The notes below the pieces were generated by a model that saw only the letters and a list, made by a program, of their open reading frames with translations, was not told the origin of the DNA and did no database searches. Below, one piece after another: positions 46,317 through 53,116 of a stretch of 53,116 bases of DNA. The DNA comes from a virus (lineage: Duplodnaviria > Caudoviricetes): the IMG/VR virus record IMGVR_UViG_3300048672_000900, positions 1-53,116 of that record. The stretch is one strand, 5' to 3'. A program made the position numbers and the translations under genes. Numbering within the stretch: the stretch's first letter is position 1; every line of letters begins with the position of its first letter.

Positions 46317-48781
46317 TATTTTTTCTTGACGTGTCGGTTATATACAGGTGGCAGTACCACGTTATCAGGACTGAGCACCATGTACTCTGCGGGTAAGCTA
46401 GAGTAAGCTTTTACGTCGTGGCTGACCATGAAGATCTGACAGTTGGATTCTTCCATCATCTTCTTCAAGTACATAACTAGGTTGTCCTTATGGGCTACGT
46501 CAAAAGTGCGCCCTAGTTCATCTAGCAACAAAGGATAGTTTTGTTTTCCTAGGTACTTGCGTGCAATCAAGTTAAACGCAAAATCAATGATGTCTTGTTG
46601 ACCTTCGCTACAAGCGCTACAGTCTTTAGGACCTTTTTCACCACGAATCGTCACAGGAAAGTTATAGCTGAGTTCAAGGTTGTCTTCCGTACTAGGAAGG
46701 CCTAGTGTTAACTCATATGTCCAGATGTCGTTAATGACGGCGTTCATCTCACTGATGAACGTATTCAAGAAACCATAAAGACCTTGAGCGATCAGCCCAC
46801 TATTGGGGCAAAGAGTTGCTACTAACGTGGTAAAAGCTATATGCTCTTGTTCTAGGTCTACAATTTGCTGAGTCAGCGTCTTGATGACTTTATGCTGGGC
46901 TTGTGCTTCTTGAAGCAGATTGACTTTTTGTGCCAGTAGAGACTGGATCTCTCTGACAAACTGGTTGAAGACGACGCGTCTTCTAGCTTCTACAAACCGG
47001 TCTTGGTGACCAGTAATCGAAGTCTCTAGGGCTTCAAGCGTCGTTTGTAAAGACTTGATTTGACCCATACGAGAGCGCACCATTTGGAAATATTGCTGCC
47101 TGGTATTGAGCATCATGAGCTTAGAGGTGTGCTGCTCAATCTGAACTGACAGGTCAGCTTGCATTTTCTTTAAGCTGCTCAAGTCAGCTGTATCGAGCTT
47201 GCTGATTTTATCCAGCAACTCTTTCTTTTCTTTAGCTTCTTTAATACAGAGCTGTAGTTCGATTTGTTTGTTCAGGTCTAGAGCTATAGTGCTGACAGCT
47301 GAGAGAGCGGCTCCTGGCTCGTTATAGAGCCTCTCAGAGGGCATGTACAAATCCCAGTAAGCACGCAGTAGTGGAGCGCCTTGCTGTAGTCTGATAATTC
47401 CTGTAAATATAGCACCGTACTCTGTACAATCAGTCATGAAGACTTGAATGTCTTCTATTTCTTTTTGAAGTTTTACGCACTCTTCACTAGCGACTTCAAA
47501 GTTGTTTTTCTCATGTAGGAACTGAGCTTCGTTATACAGCGCAGAAAACTGATGTTCACATTTAGGGCACTTGAGGTCAGGTGTTTCTTTGTGCTTGAGC
47601 AAATGCTCCATTTTAACTTTAGCTTGTGTGGCTAAAGACGCATAACTCTCTAGTGCTTTTTTCTTTTTGTTGTAGAGGTCTTGACTCTCAGACTTCTTGA
47701 TACTGGAGTAGAGTCGTTCTGGATTCGGTTTAAGTTTTGTTAGCAGATCAACTAAAGTATCTTGTGCTGCTTCAAATGACTGTTGTGATACCACAGCGTC
47801 ATGCTCTAGCTTGACTTTGGTTGTCTTTTGAATAGCATCAATAGCCGTGATGAGCTGATCAAGTTCTGCTTTTAGCGCATCAATGGTTTTAGTCTCAGTT
47901 TGCTCTAGAAGAGCCATATGCTCTTCGTTCTTATGATGCCACTGCGTACAGTTTTGCAACAGTTGAGTATGGGTCTGATGAGCGACTTTGAGCTGGTTGA
48001 GGATGGTGTCTAGCTGAGTATCGCTGTAGTAGCCTATTTGACTACAAGCTTTCTTGAGTGTTTGTGCAACACTCTTTTGTTTATTCACAGACTGGACATC
48101 ATACACGATTCTCTCTAGATAAAACGACGGGTCTTGGTCTAGAGGGATACGAATCTCTAAAAGAGTTTCTAAGACGTCATGTAAGTCTTGGGCTTGCTGA
48201 GTGAGTCTTTTTTCTTCGTCTTCTTTTAGAAGCTTATCTGACTCAGCGACGAGCTTTTGCTTAGCGAGTTTAATGGCGCCTTGTAAATCACGAGCGCGTT
48301 CTTTACAGCGGTTGTAGACTTTGATGGCGTAGTCGTAGTTAGCTTCGCACAATTCAATAAACCACTCTTTACGCCGCATAGGCGATAAACGAGTAAATTT
48401 TTCTTGGTTTTGTAAAAGAGAGTTGATGTTGGATGTGATGCCAAAGTGCTGAGCAATCAAATCTTTTTGCACGACGCTGGTACCCCAGTCGTTTAAAGCT
48501 ACGCCGTCTTTACTAAAGTAGTGACGCTGGCCGTTTTCAAAAGAAGCTGCTAGTCGGTAGCAACTATTGTCATGTACGAATTCAATTGCACCTGAGCCTC
48601 CTTTTTCAAAGTCAGCAGACAAACGAGGCCAAATAGTGAGCTGCTCTAGAAGAGAGCTTTTACCAGAGCCGTTGGTGCCAATGACAATTTGAAGCGGAGT
48701 GGTGAACTGAGCTTTGAGATGGGTTGTTCCTGTCAGAACAAACCGCCGCCAATGATCCAGTTCGATGGATGTGATGTGCAT
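46316..48781 (-). CDS. sbcC: SbcC/Rad50-like SMC ATPase (phiKZ gp165-like)
   Basis: Walker A GTNGSGKS, coiled coils, zinc hook CPKC, signature CSEGQ, Walker B LLLDE, VSH loop. Confidence 0.92.
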   Translation of the reverse strand: MHITSIELDHWRRFVLTGTTHLKAQFTTPLQIVIGTNGSGKSSLLEQLTIWPRLSADFEKGGSGAIEFVHDNSCYRLAASFENGQRHYFSKDGVALNDWGTSVVQKDLIAQHFGITSNINSLLQNQEKFTRLSPMRRKEWFIELCEANYDYAIKVYNRCKERARDLQGAIKLAKQKLVAESDKLLKEDEEKRLTQQAQDLHDVLETLLEIRIPLDQDPSFYLERIVYDVQSVNKQKSVAQTLKKACSQIGYYSDTQLDTILNQLKVAHQTHTQLLQNCTQWHHKNEEHMALLEQTETKTIDALKAELDQLITAIDAIQKTTKVKLEHDAVVSQQSFEAAQDTLVDLLTKLKPNPERLYSSIKKSESQDLYNKKKKALESYASLATQAKVKMEHLLKHKETPDLKCPKCEHQFSALYNEAQFLHEKNNFEVASEECVKLQKEIEDIQVFMTDCTEYGAIFTGIIRLQQGAPLLRAYWDLYMPSERLYNEPGAALSAVSTIALDLNKQIELQLCIKEAKEKKELLDKISKLDTADLSSLKKMQADLSVQIEQHTSKLMMLNTRQQYFQMVRSRMGQIKSLQTTLEALETSITGHQDRFVEARRRVVFNQFVREIQSLLAQKVNLLQEAQAQHKVIKTLTQQIVDLEQEHIAFTTLVATLCPNSGLIAQGLYGFLNTFISEMNAVINDIWTYELTLGLPSTEDNLELSYNFPVTIRGEKGPKDCSACSEGQQDIIDFAFNLIARKYLGKQNYPLLLDELGRTFDVAHKDNLVMYLKKMMEESNCQIFMVSHDVKAYSSLPAEYMVLSPDNVVLPPVYNRHVKKK

Positions 48782-48867
48782 GGTGATGAGGGGATTAGCT
48801 TAAAATAAACTCTATCAGAACACAATATGCTGACGATTTATCTTTTTACGAAGGACACTTAAACACC

Positions 48868-49761
48868 ATGCTTGAAGAAAAACTCAGAGTCTCGAAACTA
48901 CGATTCTTCTCCGTAGGAACAGTCGCTGCCAACAAAGACATAGGCAGCTTTGACATTGAAGTCATCCCTGACGAAGAGCTTCCTTTCCTAGATGGGGAGA
49001 TCAGCAGTAACCAAGAGAAGATTGAAATTTCTGGAACTGATAGCTCAGGCGCTGCTTATAAATCCAGCATCATCACCAGTAACAGTATCAAAGCCACTTG
49101 GCTTAAGTTGTCCGTGTCTAACCGCTTGACGGCTCCAGATGTGAGACGCAATGAGAAGGTGATGATCTACCAATTTGGAGATGAGCCTACCTACTACTGG
49201 ACCACTTTAAAAGACGATACAAAGTTTCGTCGTCTAGAAACAGTAGTGTACGGTATTAGCGCTACACCAAATGAAGATGACAAGTTGGATAATACCAACA
49301 TGTATTGGTTTGAAATGAGTAGTCACACAAAGCAGATCACGCTTCAGACCAGTAAAGCCAATGGAGAACCATTTGCTTATAGTCTTCAGATTAACACCAA
49401 AGACGGCGCTATTGTCATCATGGACGATGGTGGCAATTGGATACGTCTGGATAGCGTTGCAAAACGCATCGAAGCTATGAATGCGGACGGTAGTCACTTT
49501 GATATGTTTGCACGTAACTTAACCGTGTCTATTCCTGACACCACAGCGATTCTGTGTAAAGACTTTGTAGTCCATGCCAGTAACAGTGTTGCTATCTCAG
49601 CAGGTCAAGGTTGCTCTATGAACGCAGGAAGCAGCTGGAGTGCTGCTGCTCCTAATGCGAGCGTATCGGGCAGTGGAAGTGCTTCTGTCACAGGTGGAAG
49701 TGTGAGTGTAGAAGGTTCCGGTTCTTTGAACCTGACCAGCCCTGCAACCTCTATCAGCTAA
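48868..49761 (+). CDS. Baseplate central spike protein (phiKZ gp164 / gpV-like)
   Basis: N-terminal OB-like region (NRLTAPDVRR.EKV), C-terminal S/G/A beta-helix-like repeats; followed by PAAR. Confidence 0.7.
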   Translation: MLEEKLRVSKLRFFSVGTVAANKDIGSFDIEVIPDEELPFLDGEISSNQEKIEISGTDSSGAAYKSSIITSNSIKATWLKLSVSNRLTAPDVRRNEKVMIYQFGDEPTYYWTTLKDDTKFRRLETVVYGISATPNEDDKLDNTNMYWFEMSSHTKQITLQTSKANGEPFAYSLQINTKDGAIVIMDDGGNWIRLDSVAKRIEAMNADGSHFDMFARNLTVSIPDTTAILCKDFVVHASNSVAISAGQGCSMNAGSSWSAAAPNASVSGSGSASVTGGSVSVEGSGSLNLTSPATSIS

Positions 49762-49771
49762 GGAATGTTCT

Positions 49772-50032
49772 ATGGGTAACATGGTCGTTCTTGGTGACAA
49801 AGGTGATCACCCCGGAGAGATGATCAGTGCCAGTGGAAGCTTTTCTACGCCCGCAGGTACCCCGTGCGTAGAGGGAGATTTGTTTCGCTGTGAACTCAGA
49901 GGACATGGCGTCACAGAAGTAGACGCCGTAGGACATTCCCCTTCTTGTAACGGAAAGAAGCTGTTGAAAACAGGGGCTACTGCGCGCTGCGGATGTATCA
50001 TCACAGGCACAGGTAGTGTGAACGTGTCTTAA
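49772..50032 (+). CDS. PAAR-like spike tip protein
   Basis: 86 aa; GDKGDHPG, EGD..RC..RGHG, GATARCGC.I.G Zn-ligand pattern. Confidence 0.8.
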   Translation: MGNMVVLGDKGDHPGEMISASGSFSTPAGTPCVEGDLFRCELRGHGVTEVDAVGHSPSCNGKKLLKTGATARCGCIITGTGSVNVS

Positions 50033-50039
50033 TCGAAGA

Positions 50040-50080
50040 CGGCATAAAAGGCAGGCCATAAGAGCCTGCCCATTATGCTG
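50040..50080. repeat. GGCATA/GGCAGG palindromic element (copy 5), bidirectional terminator
   Basis: cggcataaaaggcagg-ccataagag-cctgcccattatgctg between convergent genes. Confidence 0.8.
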
Positions 50081-50084
50081 ACCT

Positions 50085-51350
50085 TTATACGGTCACATCA
50101 CAACCAATTTCCAGCTGGTAACCAGGATTGAGGAGTTCTGGATCTTCAGGGTAAGAGACATCTGTAATGTTGGTCAAATGGTTAGGGTCTGTTGAGTTGT
50201 ACACCATGCGCCTCAGACCAGTTGCTGTACACTGCATACTCCAGCGCTGACCGTCCGTAGAAACAAAATATTCCGGTACGCGACCAAGTCCTACTTGAAG
50301 AGGATATACCGGTTTTTGATAACTGCTATACTCGCCCAGTACAGATGTCTTTTGACAATAGTGGCGAGCCGTATAGAGTTCAGTTTGATTCAGAATGACG
50401 ATGAAGCTTTGACTAAGCGTCAAGTATTTGAGCAGCGTCACATCGGAAAGCAAGTTAGGCAGATTGGCATAGTCAAGCGTGCTGCTCAAAGCAGGAGCAA
50501 GGCTACTCAAATCGATATAGTTCTTAGACTCAAAAATCCTATCAACCAGCTGTAGGCGACTATAGTCAACCTCTAAGGTATTATCAGAGATCAAACGGTA
50601 GACACCTGAGTCAGGTGTATAAAGATAGCCGCCGAGTACAAGCAGCACAGCTCGCCCATTCAAAGGTGTATTGATGCGAATGGCTCCGATATCCTTGTAG
50701 CCTGTGATGGGCTCAGTGCCAGCCACCATGGCATCCGTCAGACGTTTAAAGACGTCTGCGGTTTTGATGGGTTGAATGGTCAATCCACCCAAAGCTTGAA
50801 AGCTGTGAATGCCAAAGTGAAACGCTTTAGCCAGGCGTACGGATTGAGAAGCACCATACACCAGCACGCCGCTAGAGCCGTCTGTATCAGTGAGATGATA
50901 AAACCCATTGATGGTGACCAAACAGTTTTTGTAGACGGTATTGTAATCCGTCACGGGGTCTTCCCGTTTGATCAAAGCATCTGCTCGGTCTGCAGGAGAG
51001 ATGGTGTCTTTGTAGACAGCGTCCCAGGGTTGCATGGCGTAGCCTGCACGTACGCCGTTGACCCACTTGGCCGATTGGATGTTGATCTGAGGCTGAGTGG
51101 GTGTAGTGGCCAGTGTCGTTTGAGCAGCGATGACGGCTTGAAGCGTCAGAGCACTGTCGCTGTACTGGCTATTGAAAGTCGACAGCTCAACGTAGCTATC
51201 GACTGTACCATCATTGACTTTGATGATCATCCGTCGGTACAGCTGGATCAACATCGCGATGCTGCTGGTGCCAGGTGTGACGACTTCCCAACGCCGGTTA
51301 GAACCCTTAGGCACGCCAATGGCAGAAACAAAGGAGTAACTCATAAACAA
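50085..51350 (-). CDS. Virion structural protein (phiKZ-like)
   Basis: 421 aa; CLVTINGFYH, LVLGGYL, YLTLSQSFIV motifs recalled from phiKZ-like virion proteins. Confidence 0.6.
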   Translation of the reverse strand: MFMSYSFVSAIGVPKGSNRRWEVVTPGTSSIAMLIQLYRRMIIKVNDGTVDSYVELSTFNSQYSDSALTLQAVIAAQTTLATTPTQPQINIQSAKWVNGVRAGYAMQPWDAVYKDTISPADRADALIKREDPVTDYNTVYKNCLVTINGFYHLTDTDGSSGVLVYGASQSVRLAKAFHFGIHSFQALGGLTIQPIKTADVFKRLTDAMVAGTEPITGYKDIGAIRINTPLNGRAVLLVLGGYLYTPDSGVYRLISDNTLEVDYSRLQLVDRIFESKNYIDLSSLAPALSSTLDYANLPNLLSDVTLLKYLTLSQSFIVILNQTELYTARHYCQKTSVLGEYSSYQKPVYPLQVGLGRVPEYFVSTDGQRWSMQCTATGLRRMVYNSTDPNHLTNITDVSYPEDPELLNPGYQLEIGCDVTV

Positions 51351-51483
51351 ACTCTTTCTCTATTTGAAAATGATCTGACCCACCTAGACACTTCTTTAGC
51401 GTCTACATTTGAGAGGTGGGTTTGCTTTTAAATCACAGTATTCAACTTTTAGTTTTAGACGTTAAAGGAGCTTGAGGGTCATC

Positions 51484-52416
51484 ATGCCTACACTCAACAA
51501 TTACCCCCTGGACTATACGGGGGTTGCCAATTCAAACCACATTGCGGGTGAGAATCATACACTCACCAAATCAGTTGGACTGAGTTACCAGTTCATCGTA
51601 CCTGACTACGCGCCTTTTTATGGCGCTAGCATGCATCTGCATCTGACCAAGCCGGACAATACGGTGGTCCCTCTGATCGAAGGGGTGCATTACCACCTCT
51701 CCCATAAGTTCATCACAGCTTCTCGTCAGCTGGAAAAAGAAGTCTTTGGCTCGATCACCTTCATCAATAACCAAACCGAAGGTATCGTCACCATTGAACA
51801 ATATCAAACGGTAGGCGGCCCTTGGACGTTGTCAGCCAGTCAGCTGACTCAAGCGCTCTCGGATATTCTACGCAATCCGAGGGTCGTGGCGTGGGAACAA
51901 GTGGCCAACTTGCCGTACGCTTTCCCGCCTATTGTCCACAGCGAAGACGCTGCTAATTTGGTTGGTGCAGACGCGATTGTCACTGCGCTTAATCTGATTG
52001 CGACGACGCTGGCTCAACAGGCAGGTCAAACTACCATTAATTTGCCGATTGCTATTCCCAGTAAGAACCAAATAGGTTTGGGTTTAGTCGGTAACTTTCC
52101 GATGTCGACTGACCAAGAAGCCATTGCTGGCCAGTCCTCTACCAGGTACATCTCTCCTGCCAATTTAAGAGCAGCTATTTCTACAGCGCTATCGAGCTTC
52201 CAGTCTGAATATACGGCTGTGGTTAGACCTTCTTCAGGCGCTTGGACTGCAGGGCAGTATGTGCGCAATAAAGCACCTGCTAAAACAGTCTACATCAATC
52301 CGAATTCTCCTCTGACTGGGGCGACAACTGTCACCAAGGGTTGGATTCGCATGACATCGGGTACCCAACACGTCGCTGGTACGGATTGGGTAGATGACAT
52401 CTCATTTGTCCTGTAA
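51484..52416 (+). CDS. Virion structural / tail-associated protein
   Basis: YPLDYTG..SNHI.GE.HTL, VP.YAPFY, YQTVGG, FPP..H and K.QIGLG.V.N motifs of phiKZ-like tail/baseplate proteins. Confidence 0.7.
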   Translation: MPTLNNYPLDYTGVANSNHIAGENHTLTKSVGLSYQFIVPDYAPFYGASMHLHLTKPDNTVVPLIEGVHYHLSHKFITASRQLEKEVFGSITFINNQTEGIVTIEQYQTVGGPWTLSASQLTQALSDILRNPRVVAWEQVANLPYAFPPIVHSEDAANLVGADAIVTALNLIATTLAQQAGQTTINLPIAIPSKNQIGLGLVGNFPMSTDQEAIAGQSSTRYISPANLRAAISTALSSFQSEYTAVVRPSSGAWTAGQYVRNKAPAKTVYINPNSPLTGATTVTKGWIRMTSGTQHVAGTDWVDDISFVL

Positions 52417-52422
52417 AAGGAC

Positions 52423-52460
52423 AGCATAATTGGCAGGCCTAGACGCCTGCCTTTTATGCC
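52423..52460. repeat. GGCATA/GGCAGG palindromic element (copy 6), bidirectional terminator
   Basis: agcataattggcagg-cctagacg-cctgccttttatgcc between convergent genes. Confidence 0.8.
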
Positions 52461-52466
52461 AAGGTT

Positions 52467-52907
52467 TTATTTACCTTCTAGTTCTTTTTGAAACTGGCTC
52501 TGTAGGCCAGCTTGTATTTTGTTTTCTCTCTCGACCGCGGCTTGGACTCGGTCTAGGATGAGTTTGACTTCCCAAGAAGGTCGGTGTAAGAACTCATCAA
52601 AAGAAATACCTAACTTGTCACCAATCTTTTTCTCTATGAAGATATCCAACAGATCGGCGTAACGCCTAAAGTACTCGGGTCGTTCTGCAGGATGCAGAGC
52701 TACTCCAGCAAAAGGCCGTTTCAATTTAGGATTAGCTTGCTCTTTCTTATACTGCGCAATGTGATCAAAGATTCCATACGCAGTTTGATACAGTTGCCTG
52801 ACCACATCCTTAGCAAAGACCGCTTTGACTTTAGGAGCACGGTTAAGCATGTTCATGTAATCGTGATAATGGTGAGACTCCGCACCAAAATCAAGATCAC
52901 CTACCAA
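52467..52907 (-). CDS. Hypothetical tail/baseplate assembly protein, probably the -1 frameshift extension of the upstream ORF
   Basis: Weak TTG start without an RBS; frame stays open back through the slippery site at 52955-52961; GISFDEFLHRP resembles tail-assembly-chaperone C-terminal domains. Confidence 0.6.
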   Translation of the reverse strand: MVGDLDFGAESHHYHDYMNMLNRAPKVKAVFAKDVVRQLYQTAYGIFDHIAQYKKEQANPKLKRPFAGVALHPAERPEYFRRYADLLDIFIEKKIGDKLGISFDEFLHRPSWEVKLILDRVQAAVERENKIQAGLQSQFQKELEGK

Positions 52908-52912
52908 CTTAT

Positions 52913-53116
52913 TTAGCGGGAGCGAATCCTTTGCAAACGCTGCCCGCTCAATTGGAAAAAAATGGGCAGGGGGTCCAGAGGAATGATGTCAGGATGAAGT
53001 GTTTCAATGTTGGCATGGCGTTGCGGCTGACCACATGCTGGGCAGTCGTACGTTGGAAAACCAATCATTGAAATGACGCGTGAGTCCACATAGGCTTTAG
53101 CAGCTTCGTGGATTTT
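52913..53116 (-). CDS. 3' end of a baseplate-hub/tail-assembly-chaperone-like gene (truncated by window edge)
   Basis: Manual translation KIHEAAKAYVDSRVISMIGFPTYDCPACGQ...IIPLDPLPIFFQLSGQRLQRIRSR*; CxxC followed by FF resembles T4 gp26-like proteins. Confidence 0.7.
   Translation of the reverse strand, partial: KIHEAAKAYVDSRVISMIGFPTYDCPACGQPQRHANIETLHPDIIPLDPLPIFFQLSGQRLQRIRSR
52915..52961 (-). promoter_or_regulatory. Programmed -1 ribosomal frameshift signal
   Basis: Slippery heptamer T TTT TTC, 6-nt spacer CAATTG, stem AGCGGG-C-AGCG/CGCT-CCCGCT. Confidence 0.65.

Noticed and set aside
167-52460. Repeats as CRISPR array or integron attC sites
   Set aside because: Copies are dispersed by kilobases with no regular spacers; no cas or integrase genes; no RYYYAAC/GTTRRRY ends
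1-53116. tRNA genes or stop-codon reassignment
   Set aside because: No cloverleaf with a T-loop seen by eye; conserved genes are full length under the standard code

Overview
This 53 kb window comes from a nucleus-forming, phiKZ-like jumbo phage (Chimalliviridae) and uses the standard genetic code. It starts with a virion block: tail tube, tail sheath, three structural genes and the large terminase. Accessory ORFs follow, then the conserved replication/nucleus block: PolB-type DNA polymerase, chimallin, non-virion RNAP subunits, SbcD, ChmC-like, PicA-like and an SF2 helicase. The end holds SbcC, a spike/PAAR pair and further virion genes. phiKZ gp assignments are recalled from motifs and synteny, not from a database search. 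Three unexplained signals stand out. (1) A ~1.1 kb ORF-free region (19.6-20.7 kb) upstream of the DNA polymerase folds on the + strand into two long rod-like domains rich in G-U pairs and ends in a cUUCGg terminator, suggesting a large structured non-coding RNA. (2) A -1 ribosomal frameshift signal (T TTT TTC, 6-nt spacer, stem-loop) fuses the last two ORFs. (3) A dispersed family of GGCATA...GGCAGG/CCTGCC...TATGCC palindromes sits at gene ends.
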